NCBI GenBank assembly: GCA_944385775.1
Contig: CALWYM010000094.1
Coordinates: 1 to 50,789, forward strand
Direction of reading: 5' to 3'
Source of the DNA: an uncultured Oscillospiraceae bacterium
GTDB lineage: Bacteria > Bacillota > Clostridia > Oscillospirales > Oscillospiraceae
Length of the DNA: 50,789 bases
Shown here: positions 1 through 8,579 of the stretch, in pieces
Numbering within the stretch: the stretch's first letter is position 1
How the letters are laid out: the number at the start of each line of letters is the position of its first letter
Translations under genes and position numbers: made by a program
Notes under the pieces: model-generated
Seen by the model: only the letters and a program-made list of their open reading frames with translations
Databases searched by the model: none
What the model was told of the DNA's origin: nothing

Positions 1-2
1 AG

Positions 3-245
3 AATTGCTGCCTTTATGCAAACTCTGCCCTTCAGTTCAAGCTAATTTGTGACCAGTATAACTGTGATGTAGTTCTTGGAGTTCATCCCCATAGGTGTGA
101 TCTTTTTGAGAAACTTGAGCTTAGAAATACAAATCCTGATGGACCTAATCCGTTTATTGTGGGAGCTGAGGGCGTTCGCAATAATCTGCATACCAGAGCC
201 AGCGAAGCCCTGGCTGCTGCAAAAGCAATGGTAGACCAAATGTAA
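3..245 (+). CDS. 3' end of an unidentified CDS that enters from the window edge
   Basis: The frame is open for 81 codons from the edge and ends at TAA 243-245, followed by a perfect 15-bp-stem terminator. I do not recognise the C-terminal peptide (...VVLGVHPHRCDLFEKLELRNTNPDGPNPFIVGAEG...). It is absent from the ORF track because it has no start in the window. Confidence 0.45.
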   Translation, partial: NCCLYANSALQFKLICDQYNCDVVLGVHPHRCDLFEKLELRNTNPDGPNPFIVGAEGVRNNLHTRASEALAAAKAMVDQM

Positions 246-281
246 TCTCTAAAATACTCCTTCCTCTTTTTTGCGTAAAAA

Positions 282-320
282 ATATGTGAAGCAGAGAAAT
301 CTCTGCTTCACATATTTTTT
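282..320. terminator. Bidirectional rho-independent terminator
   Basis: Stem ATATGTGAAGCAGAG (282-296), loop AAAT, stem CTCTGCTTCACATAT (301-315), flanked by A-run and T-run. It lies between convergent genes, and the lysR-type stop codon (308-310) sits inside the stem. Confidence 0.8.
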
Positions 321-1216
321 CTGTTTTTGTTGGAGTAAAGAGATTTTGCTGTAGCAATAAATTTTTTTACTGAGTCGTACATAACGTCCTCTTTTCTCCA
401 TACGAGGGCTACGCTGCCTTTATCGTATTTTTTAAACTTAATTCCTACAATTTTAGGATTTTCTCTTGCTACATCTCCGGGAAGGAAACCGGCTGCAGCG
501 CCCTGCTCCACAAACCGCTCAACAGTATACATCTGAGATGTATAGTGAATTATATTTGGCACAAGCCCATTTTCTGCAAACATTCTTTTTGTACTTTTAG
601 TAGGCGAATACTTGTCATTTAACATCACAAGGGGTTCCGCTGCCATTTCCTCCAGTGTTACCTCATCTTTTTTCGCAAGTGGGTGATCCTTACTAACACA
701 AAAAAGAAAAGACTCAAAAGTTCCTAGCCTATAATAGTCGTAATCACTACTCCCATGTTCATCAAAGTATCTCCACGGTCCCGTTATAATCACATCTGCC
801 GCCCTTGAATCCAGCATGGCAAAAAGAGAATCTGTAACATCTTCCTGGGAGAAAACCTCAATTTCCGGGTAGTTAATATGAAATTGTCGTCGAATTTTGG
901 GAAATACATGGTTTCCACTGAAAGTGGAAATACCTACTCGTACAAACCTGCGTTCCATTGAAAGTTCCTTGATTATATAGTCAAGTCTTTCCATACACTG
1001 TAATATGTAGGAAAGCTCATCCCACAAAATTTTTCCCTTTTCCGTAACTACCAAACTGTTACCACGCCGCACAATAAGAGGTACACCGCACTCGCTCTCA
1101 AGCTCCCTTACAGCTTTGCTTACCGCAGGCTGGGACACATGAAGCTCTTCCGCCGCCTTTGTATAATTCCCGTATTTGCACACCGTACAATAATATTGTA
1201 TTTGGTTAAGAGTCAC
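308..1216 (-). CDS. LysR-family transcriptional regulator
   Basis: N-terminal HTH YTKAAEELHVSQPAVSKAVRELE, about 300 aa with a substrate-binding-type C-terminal domain. I place the start at the second in-frame GTG (1216), 5 nt after GAGGTGA. The ORF-track start at 1225 is the alternative. Confidence 0.85.
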   Translation of the reverse strand: MTLNQIQYYCTVCKYGNYTKAAEELHVSQPAVSKAVRELESECGVPLIVRRGNSLVVTEKGKILWDELSYILQCMERLDYIIKELSMERRFVRVGISTFSGNHVFPKIRRQFHINYPEIEVFSQEDVTDSLFAMLDSRAADVIITGPWRYFDEHGSSDYDYYRLGTFESFLFCVSKDHPLAKKDEVTLEEMAAEPLVMLNDKYSPTKSTKRMFAENGLVPNIIHYTSQMYTVERFVEQGAAAGFLPGDVARENPKIVGIKFKKYDKGSVALVWRKEDVMYDSVKKFIATAKSLYSNKNRKNM

Positions 1217-1251
1217 AGTCGTCACCTCATTAATTATAAAAATACACTAAT

Positions 1252-1280
1252 ATTATAATCCTTTTACCCACAAATGTCAA
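1252..1280 (-). promoter_or_regulatory. Consensus sigma-A promoter of the LysR gene
   Basis: The minus strand reads TTGACA (1275-1280), a 17-nt spacer, then TATAAT (1252-1257). It is about 30 nt upstream of the start. Confidence 0.6.
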
Positions 1281-1310
1281 CAAATTGACTAAATACGTAA
1301 GCTTAATTAC

Positions 1311-1347
1311 AAAAATCACGGCAGAAAATAAATTTCCGCCGTGATTT
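1311..1347 (-). terminator. Terminator downstream of spoVT
   Basis: AAATCACGGC (1313-1322) pairs with GCCGTGATTT (1338-1347), extendable with one mismatch. A T-run follows on the minus strand. Confidence 0.7.
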
Positions 1348-1362
1348 TCAATATTCTGCTAT

Positions 1363-1902
1363 TTAGCTTTCCATCTGCTTTCCTAAAAAGCCGGAAACTG
1401 TCTGGGCAAGCTTAATCTCAACTTCTCCCACAGTGCTGTCGCCGTCTGTAAAGAAAGCCACCGAGCCCATTACATCTCCCTCAGAGAGAATTGGCGCCGC
1501 CACAGTTATGGTGTACTTGTCGGTACTGTCGGAAACTGCCACCTTTTTCTCTCCCGGCTTCAGATGATAAAGCTGCCGCGCTTCCATAAGCTTTTCAAGT
1601 TCGGCGCTTACCTGCTTCATATAAAGCTCCCTTTTGGGTGCCCCGCAAACTGCAATCACCGAATCCCTGTCTGTTATAACCACAGGAAGACCTGTTGACT
1701 TTGATAATGTGTCACACATATGTCCGGCGAAGTCTGAAAGCTCGCCCATGGGCGAATACTTTTTGAAAATGACCTCTCCGTCCTTCTCTGTGAAAATCTC
1801 CAAAGGGTCGCCGTCCCTAATACGCAGCGTACGGCGTATCTCCTTCGGAATGACTACTCGCCCCAGATCGTCTATACGACGGACTATGCCTGTTGCTTTC
1901 AT
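1363..1902 (-). CDS. spoVT: Stage V sporulation protein T (AbrB/SpoVT-type regulator)
   Basis: N-terminus MKATGIVRRIDDLGRVVIPKEIRRTLRIR.GDPLEIF matches my recollection of B. subtilis SpoVT almost exactly. Length is 179 aa with a GAF-like C-terminal part. RBS AAAGGAG. Confidence 0.95.
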   Translation of the reverse strand: MKATGIVRRIDDLGRVVIPKEIRRTLRIRDGDPLEIFTEKDGEVIFKKYSPMGELSDFAGHMCDTLSKSTGLPVVITDRDSVIAVCGAPKRELYMKQVSAELEKLMEARQLYHLKPGEKKVAVSDSTDKYTITVAAPILSEGDVMGSVAFFTDGDSTVGEVEIKLAQTVSGFLGKQMES

Positions 1903-1940
1903 ATATTAAAACTCCTTTTCACAATTTGATGGCGTGGAGT

Positions 1941-1969
1941 TAGTATGTGGAAAAATCAAAATATTATAC
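1941..1969 (-). promoter_or_regulatory. Forespore sigma-G/F-type promoter candidate for spoVT
   Basis: The minus strand reads GTATA, a 17-nt spacer, then CATACTA. This fits the recalled sigma-G consensus GHATR-N17/18-CATXHTA. It is positioned about 40 nt upstream of the ATG. Confidence 0.4.
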
Positions 1970-2020
1970 GAAGCTTTTTCCTATTTATTATAACCTGATT
2001 ATTTTACTTGATTAAAAAGC

Positions 2021-2055
2021 AAAAAGCTGCGGCAGAGCCTTACTCCCTGCCGCAG
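2021..2055 (-). terminator. Terminator downstream of the HD-domain gene
   Basis: CTGCGGCAG (2027-2035) pairs with CTGCCGCAG (2047-2055). A T-rich tract follows on the minus strand. Confidence 0.65.
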
Positions 2056-2060
2056 TTTAT

Positions 2061-4001
2061 TTATTTAACCCTGTCAATAATCGCCTTTCCCAGCTTTTCG
2101 CCTACGGTTTTTAAAAACTCTCTCTCCCGGGACTGTGTATTTACCTCCGGGTCGGAAAACATAAGATAAATATAAAAGGGCGGAAAATGGCAAAGCTCAA
2201 AATCAAGCACATCTGAAATTCCGCTTACATCTGTAAGAAGTGAAAACTCATGTCCACCGGGAGTATAAAAGTACACAGGGCGACTCATATCTATGCCTGT
2301 GGAGAGAAACACTGGAGCGACTATGCTGTCCTCCAAATAAGCTCTCCCGCTGACTGCATAAACCTGCTCCCCGGCTTCCCCGACGGCTGACCTGACAAGC
2401 TCGTCAAAGCTTTCCTCCACAAATACCTTTCCGTACTCTCTCATTATATACCCGGTTACAAAGCCCTTTCTTCTGCCCTCAAAATATTCCGAAACCTGCG
2501 GAAAGCTTTTATCCAGGCTGCTCCCTATACCCTCATCGGAAAGGACATGCCGAAGACCATCGTCAATAACCTTAAAATTAATACTCCGTTTTGTAAGGGA
2601 GGAATAATATTTTTCGTTTAAAAGCAGCTCAGACAGCTGTCTTGATATAACAAGGCTTCTGTCCCGCCCGTAGAAATCACGGTAATAAATCTGTTTAAGT
2701 ACTGTCATAAGCCATGAATCGTTCCACTGAACCAAATTACCTTTAGTGCGCTCTCCACCTGTTCGCTCCCCGGCTCTCATAGGGTGCCACAATCCAGAAA
2801 TATCAAACGGAATAAGCCCCTCCGCCTCCGCCGCAGAACAATCTTCACCAGAGGAGAGATAGTCAAGTATCAGCCCGCAGACAGTGGACTGAAGCAGATA
2901 GTCCGTTTTCTGCACATGGTGATGAAAAATAATATCCTTATAAAGGTTATATCTCCTCTTGAAAAAATCTTCCACCGTTGAAATCGCCTTAATGGGAAAA
3001 CAGAAATAAAAGCCCATTTCAGGCTGTTTTTCTCTTTCCCTGATACGGTAAAGACGCATATCAGGCAAAAGCCTGTTATAGTCAATTTTCCCCACGTCAA
3101 CGCCGGAATTTACATAGTCTCTTGTTGTATAATCCAGTCTGTCAGCGTCAACGCTTGAATCCATTATCCTGTGAAGAGACGCGAAAAAACGTCTATCCTC
3201 AAACATATAAAGTACACAGTGGTATACTATTATCCCGAAAAGATTTTCAGACAGTTCCTGGTCATCGCTTCCGCTTTCAAGGGGCTTTACCGTTGAGGAA
3301 AGAACGCTTTCGGAAATCATGCTTCCCATCTGCTCATGGAGCTTTTTAACCCTTCCTGTATTATCTTTGGAAAAGAACGGGTCCATGACCTCCAGAAATT
3401 CCTTTGCCCTCGGAGTAAGCTTCTCTTCCTGACGTCGCTTTAAGTTCACCTTTTCATAAGCGTTTTTAAGGGCAAACTCCACTATATGGCTAAAGGGCGG
3501 ATGCCCTATGTCGTGAAGCAACGCCCCGGTACGAACTGTTTCCATCAGTATAAGCTGTAAAAATCTCCAGTCACCTGAAATGTTGCTGGGAATAAATGAA
3601 GCCCTCAACTCATCAATTTCAATATACCTTAAGTCACTTATTGTAAGATTTCCTCTGTCCGGAAAATATATTTCCGGCTTAAATGACGTATTTCCCCTGT
3701 TTATATCGTCAATTATTTCCTGAATTTGTTCCGTCGCCGCGGCAAAAAATTCCTCTAAATCTTTTTTTCTGCTGTTCAGCACCGAGTAATAAAAAATATC
3801 CGAAGATATTTTCATAGTACCGATTGAATGCTCGTAACGCTTTGTTCTGTTAGACGGAAAGGTAAGGTAAGAGGTGGAATTTTGATACACATCGTGGAGC
3901 CTGTTAAAGGCGGCGGTGGATATTATGCCCTTTTCGTAGGCAGTCATACGAATAAGCCCGTGGATTGAATCATTTATGCTGGTTCCCTTTGACATGACCA
4001 T
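2061..4001 (-). CDS. HD-domain phosphohydrolase, SAMHD1/EF1143-like (COG1078-type) with extra insertions
   Basis: Motifs RYEHSIGT, ALLHDIGHPPFSH and DADRLDYTTRD. The start is ambiguous between TTG 4004, ATG 4001 and ATG 3995 after AAAGGAA. Confidence 0.8.
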   Translation of the reverse strand: MVMSKGTSINDSIHGLIRMTAYEKGIISTAAFNRLHDVYQNSTSYLTFPSNRTKRYEHSIGTMKISSDIFYYSVLNSRKKDLEEFFAAATEQIQEIIDDINRGNTSFKPEIYFPDRGNLTISDLRYIEIDELRASFIPSNISGDWRFLQLILMETVRTGALLHDIGHPPFSHIVEFALKNAYEKVNLKRRQEEKLTPRAKEFLEVMDPFFSKDNTGRVKKLHEQMGSMISESVLSSTVKPLESGSDDQELSENLFGIIVYHCVLYMFEDRRFFASLHRIMDSSVDADRLDYTTRDYVNSGVDVGKIDYNRLLPDMRLYRIREREKQPEMGFYFCFPIKAISTVEDFFKRRYNLYKDIIFHHHVQKTDYLLQSTVCGLILDYLSSGEDCSAAEAEGLIPFDISGLWHPMRAGERTGGERTKGNLVQWNDSWLMTVLKQIYYRDFYGRDRSLVISRQLSELLLNEKYYSSLTKRSINFKVIDDGLRHVLSDEGIGSSLDKSFPQVSEYFEGRRKGFVTGYIMREYGKVFVEESFDELVRSAVGEAGEQVYAVSGRAYLEDSIVAPVFLSTGIDMSRPVYFYTPGGHEFSLLTDVSGISDVLDFELCHFPPFYIYLMFSDPEVNTQSREREFLKTVGEKLGKAIIDRVK

Positions 4002-4067
4002 CAATTCCTTTCATGCTTTACTGATTAAATTATACGATAACTTTCAGTCTTGTCAATGAATTTAAGG

Positions 4068-4111
4068 CAAAAATGACCCGTACCTTTAATCGGAGGTACG
4101 GGTCATTTTTT
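4068..4111 (-). terminator. Terminator downstream of the ABC exporter pair
   Basis: ATGACCCGTACC (4073-4084) pairs with GGTACGGGTCAT (4095-4106), with flanking A and T runs. Confidence 0.75.
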
Positions 4112-4125
4112 ATTTCATTATCAGC

Positions 4126-6189
4126 TTACCCGGCATGATGCTGCTGTATTTGATAAAGCTTTTTGTAAATACCGTCCTGCTCAAGAAGCTGCTGATGTGT
4201 TCCGGACTCTCTTATTTGTCCCTTATGCATAACGATAATATTATCCGCGTGCTGAATTGTGGACAGACGATGAGCGACCATAATGGTTGTACGCCCTTTC
4301 ATCAGAGTTTCCAGCGCTCCCTGAATTAAAAGCTCCGTCTCAGTATCTATATTAGCCGTAGCCTCGTCCATAACAAGAATTTTTGGATTATACGCCAGGG
4401 TTCTCGCAAAGCTGAGAAGCTGACGCTGTCCTGCCGAAAGTGTAGAACCTCTCTCAGTTACAGGCTCATCGTAGCCGTGAGGAAGATTCTTTATAAAGTG
4501 GTCCGCATTTACGGCAACGGCCGCGTCCTTAACCTGCTCATCGGTTATCTCATCGTTCATAAGCCGGATATTGCTCTTAATATCGCCGGTAAACACAAAA
4601 ACGTCCTGCTGAACCTGACCGATTGCCTTTCGTATCTGCTTTGTGCTCAGGTGACGCACATCTACACCATCAATAAGTATCTCGCCCTTTTGAATGTCAT
4701 AGTACCTGCCGATAAGGTTAAGTATTGAGCTTTTTCCCGCTCCGGTAGCGCCTACAAAGGCAACCTTTTCACCGGGATTTATGGTAAAACTCACGTCCTT
4801 CAAGACGTAGTCATTACCCTCATATGCAAACCACACGTTTTTAAACTCAATCTTTCCCTTAATGTCATCTAGTATTACAGGCTCCTTATCCTCAACAATG
4901 GTGTTCTTTTCATCAAGGATTGTAAAAATTTTCTCCGCTGAGGCAAGGGCGTTTTGAAGGGTGGAAAACTGCTCCGCCAGCTGCTGTATTGGCTGGAAGA
5001 AGGAATTTATATAGTTTACGAAAATATACATGGTTCCCAGCGTCAGAGCGCCGTCAAGTACGAACCTTCCGCTGAGATAAATTACTGACGCCAGCGCAAA
5101 GTTTGATATAACAAAAATAATGGGACGGAACACTGAAAACACAGTGATATTCTGCATTTGAGACTTATACAAGTCCTCCGTCTTTTCCTCAAACTCCTCC
5201 TGCTTTTCCTTCTCTCTGGCAAAAATCTGTATAAGCTTCATGCCTGAAATGTTCTCGGAAAGGAAGGTATTAAGCAGTGAAACCTTTGTACGAAGCATAC
5301 GGTATATTTTCCTCGATATTTTTCTGAAAACTACCGTTATGCCGAAAATCACCGGGATAAATAGAAAACATACCAGCGCAAGCCGCAGGTTTATGCTTAT
5401 CATAACCACCGCATATCCAATTATAAGTACAGTATTTCTGAACAGCTGCACAATTACGGTGGTATACATCATGTTAAGACCTTCCACATCGTTTGTAACC
5501 CTTGTGACAATACGTCCCACAGGGGTTATATCAAAAAAGCGTAAAGGCAACGTATGTATGTGTTTAAATATTTCCTGGCGGATAGTGTAAATTACAGTCT
5601 GACCTGTCAGCTGAAGCAACCACGTCTGACCAAGATTGCAGAAAAATGTCATTATCAAAACTCCGCCGTAGAGTATTGCTATCTTAACTACACCGGAGAG
5701 ATCATTTTTACGAAGCAGCTTAAGGTCCTCCGTATCCATAAGCTGACCCACATAGTCAGTTCCGGGAAGCTCAAGTACGGTATCGTCAGGTGCGCTATTT
5801 TCCACGGTACCTGACGCAATCTCCTTTATCTTGTCAAGGTCATCTTCCGAAAGATCACGGAAAAAATAGTAGCTGTCGTTATAATACACCATATAGGCAA
5901 AGGTATCAGCTGTGTCTTCCTCATATTCCTTTGTAAGGTAAAGCCCGTCATAGGACACCTGAGCCTGCTCCTGATCTACGTAGGCATATTCCCTGTCATA
6001 GCCTTCGATATAGTCATCAATGGCAGTAGCGATGAGCATAGGTCTTATAAGGTCAAGACCGGTGATTATCATAATGAGCACAAGGCACACAAAGATAATC
6101 TTGAGGTGGGGCTTCATGTAACCGAAAAGCCTTGGGAAAATATCTCCCACATAGGAGGTTTCATGGGTTTCTTCAATTATTCTTGCCAT
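4126..6189 (-). CDS. ABC exporter, fused permease/ATPase subunit (heterodimer partner 2)
   Basis: Six-TM exporter domain plus NBD with Walker A GATGAGKSS, signature LSAGQRQ and Walker B ILVMDEATA. RBS AAGGAAG. Confidence 0.92.
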   Translation of the reverse strand: MARIIEETHETSYVGDIFPRLFGYMKPHLKIIFVCLVLIMIITGLDLIRPMLIATAIDDYIEGYDREYAYVDQEQAQVSYDGLYLTKEYEEDTADTFAYMVYYNDSYYFFRDLSEDDLDKIKEIASGTVENSAPDDTVLELPGTDYVGQLMDTEDLKLLRKNDLSGVVKIAILYGGVLIMTFFCNLGQTWLLQLTGQTVIYTIRQEIFKHIHTLPLRFFDITPVGRIVTRVTNDVEGLNMMYTTVIVQLFRNTVLIIGYAVVMISINLRLALVCFLFIPVIFGITVVFRKISRKIYRMLRTKVSLLNTFLSENISGMKLIQIFAREKEKQEEFEEKTEDLYKSQMQNITVFSVFRPIIFVISNFALASVIYLSGRFVLDGALTLGTMYIFVNYINSFFQPIQQLAEQFSTLQNALASAEKIFTILDEKNTIVEDKEPVILDDIKGKIEFKNVWFAYEGNDYVLKDVSFTINPGEKVAFVGATGAGKSSILNLIGRYYDIQKGEILIDGVDVRHLSTKQIRKAIGQVQQDVFVFTGDIKSNIRLMNDEITDEQVKDAAVAVNADHFIKNLPHGYDEPVTERGSTLSAGQRQLLSFARTLAYNPKILVMDEATANIDTETELLIQGALETLMKGRTTIMVAHRLSTIQHADNIIVMHKGQIRESGTHQQLLEQDGIYKKLYQIQQHHAG

Positions 6190-6202
6190 ACTAAAAACTT
6201 CC

Positions 6203-7960
6203 TTACTCTGTCATCTGAAGCTGAGCTTCAAGCTGCTGCTTTTCAACCATCTTCTTAAATATGCCGTTACGGGCAAGAAGCTCATCATATGTACCATACT
6301 CGGCAACCTTTCCCTCGTCCAGAACCATAATATGGTCAGCGTTCTGAACGGTAGACACACGGTGGGCAATCATAATCGTGGTTTTGCCCTCCCTGATGCG
6401 CTTGAGATTTTCAAGAATGGTTTCCTCAGTATCCGTATCAACAGCGCTTAGCGCGTCGTCAAGGATAAGGACAGGACTGTCCTTTAAAATTGCCCTGGCA
6501 ATGGAGCTGCGCTGCTTCTGTCCGCCGGAAAGAGTTACTCCACGCTCGCCTACCATGGTATCATACTGCTCGGGGAAATCTACAATGTTATCATGTATAT
6601 CTGCGTTTTTACAGGCCTCTATAATCTCGTCCATAGTAGCGTCCAGCTTGCCAAAGGAAATATTCTTTGCCAGCGTATTGGAAAACAGGAAATTATCCTG
6701 GGGCACATACGCAATATTCTCTCTGAGGACCTTAAGGGGTATCTTCTTAATGTCGTGACCGTCAAAGGTTATAGACCCCTTAGTAATATCGTAGACCCTG
6801 CAAAGCAGGTTAACAAGGGTGGTTTTGCCCGCTCCAGTTCTTCCCAGAATGGCCAGCGTCTCACCCTTTTTAATCTCAACAGAAATATCATGGAGCGCAT
6901 CAGGCAACGTATCTCCATATTTGAAGCTCATATTGTCAATATTTATCTCACCGGAAAGTGTCTCAACCTTGTCAGGCTCCTTGTCATCTTTTATGTCTGG
7001 AACCTGGTCAAATACCTGATGAATTCTGTTAAGACCAGCTATGCCCTGAGATATGGATGTAATACTGTCACCCAGCGCCAGCATGGGCCATACAAGAGAA
7101 CCGATATATGAATTAAACGCAACAAACCGTCCGAGAGTAATCTCACCTATCATGGTGAAATATCCGCCGAAAATTATAGCAATAACGTAGGTCGCTCCTA
7201 CAAGGATATTAAGGGTAGGTCCAAAAACAGCATTAAGCTTAACAACGTCAAGGTTCGCCTTCTTGTTGGCGGCATTTACCTTTTGAAAGGCGTCAATCTG
7301 TTCCTTTTCCTGTACAAAGGCCTTTATAACACGCTCTCCGGAAATGCTCTCCTGCACCTGGTCAGAAAGCTTCGCAAAGGCTTTTTGCTTTTTGCTGTAC
7401 CGCTTTTCAATCTTTTCACCATAAAAATAGCCGAAAACAGCTATCACACTCATGGGAATCAATGTATAAAGGGTAAGAGTTGTGCTTACGTATGTGCTCA
7501 TTTTATAAAGAACCATTATCGTAAGCACAATAGAGTCAAAGCTTGACACAATCGAGGGACCAATGGCCTGTATCAGAGCATCCATATCGTTTGTAAAATA
7601 GCTCATAAGATCGCCGGTCTTATTCTCATTATAATACCGCTGGGAAAGTGTCTCCATCTTGGCGAACATTCTGTCTCTCAACGTGCGCTCGATCTTCCTT
7701 GATGAGCCAAATATGCAGTGTCGGTATATAAAACGTCCCAGCGCCACAACAATTCCACAGCTTACAATTTTCAAAGCATAGGTCAAAAGTCCTCCGCCGT
7801 CCAGTGTATGACCAGTTAATTCATCAATTACCTCACCGGTAAACTGTGAAATAAACAGGTTGACATAATCCACCACGGCCAGCATGGCAAGCCCAAAAAG
7901 ATAGGCAATGCTATACCTTGCCAAAAGGGGACTTAAAACTTTCGTCCTCTTCTTTTCCAT
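6203..7960 (-). CDS. ABC exporter, fused permease/ATPase subunit (heterodimer partner 1)
   Basis: Walker A GRTGAGKTT, signature LSGGQKQR, Walker B LILDDALSAVD. I place the start at ATG 7960 (MEKKRTK...), 6 nt after AGGAGG. The ORF-track TTG at 7981 is unlikely. Confidence 0.92.
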   Translation of the reverse strand: MEKKRTKVLSPLLARYSIAYLFGLAMLAVVDYVNLFISQFTGEVIDELTGHTLDGGGLLTYALKIVSCGIVVALGRFIYRHCIFGSSRKIERTLRDRMFAKMETLSQRYYNENKTGDLMSYFTNDMDALIQAIGPSIVSSFDSIVLTIMVLYKMSTYVSTTLTLYTLIPMSVIAVFGYFYGEKIEKRYSKKQKAFAKLSDQVQESISGERVIKAFVQEKEQIDAFQKVNAANKKANLDVVKLNAVFGPTLNILVGATYVIAIIFGGYFTMIGEITLGRFVAFNSYIGSLVWPMLALGDSITSISQGIAGLNRIHQVFDQVPDIKDDKEPDKVETLSGEINIDNMSFKYGDTLPDALHDISVEIKKGETLAILGRTGAGKTTLVNLLCRVYDITKGSITFDGHDIKKIPLKVLRENIAYVPQDNFLFSNTLAKNISFGKLDATMDEIIEACKNADIHDNIVDFPEQYDTMVGERGVTLSGGQKQRSSIARAILKDSPVLILDDALSAVDTDTEETILENLKRIREGKTTIMIAHRVSTVQNADHIMVLDEGKVAEYGTYDELLARNGIFKKMVEKQQLEAQLQMTE

Positions 7961-8223
7961 TTTTTCCTCCTGATTCGCCAATTTTCTACTGATTACAGTG
8001 TTTTATCCCTATTATTTTCCCGTTTACAAACGCACACTTGATTATACTCTAATAAAGAAGCAAAGTAAAGAGTACTTACTAAGAAAATATGACAAAAAAT
8101 CAATTAGATAAACATTAATATTTCACAAAATCACTGCAAATGTACTAAGCTACCATATTTTTTTACTTATTTGAATATTATCTGGCACTGTCACTGCAAG
8201 AATGCTACTTTCAACATTTCATA

Positions 8224-8252
8224 TTGTATTAGTTTTTAAACTGTGCTAGAAT
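8224..8252 (+). promoter_or_regulatory. Sigma-A promoter candidate (extended -10)
   Basis: TTGTAT (8224-8229), a 17-nt spacer ending in TGC, then TAGAAT (8247-8252). It lies about 50 nt upstream of the DUF4250 ATG. Confidence 0.4.
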
Positions 8253-8304
8253 TATCAAGCAAGGTTTTACGTTAACCTGTTTAACTTTTTGGAGGTGCAA
8301 CAAA

Positions 8305-8481
8305 ATGTCTGTTCCATCTGATCCCTTTATCCTTTTAAGCTATGTAAACACTGCTCTTCGTGACCAGTACGACTCACTGTCACATTTGACCGAAGATCTC
8401 GACATTGACAGAACCTGGCTTGAGGAGAAGCTTGGCTCTATCGGATATACTTATGACTCACAACTAAATCAGTTTAAATAA
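8305..8481 (+). CDS. DUF4250-like small protein (58 aa)
   Basis: This ORF is not in the track because it is under 60 aa. GGAGG sits 9 nt before the ATG. The product MSVPSDPFILLSYVNTALRDQYDSLSHLTEDLDIDRTWLEEKLGSIGYTYDSQLNQFK resembles the DUF4250 family as I recall it. Confidence 0.7.
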   Translation: MSVPSDPFILLSYVNTALRDQYDSLSHLTEDLDIDRTWLEEKLGSIGYTYDSQLNQFK

Positions 8482-8579
8482 TTCAAAATTTAACTGCTAT
8501 TTCCCTTAATAACTCTTGTTTTCACCTGCCTTTGTGTGATATACTCTATGTAACAATTCAGGAAAAGGAAGCAGTATAG

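Noticed and set aside
8021-8032. A small inverted repeat, CGTTT-ac-AAACG, just downstream of a putative -10 (8041-8046, minus strand) of the ABC exporter operon. It could be an operator.
   Set aside because: The arms are only 5 bp, no adjacent regulator gene is present, and chance occurrence is easy.
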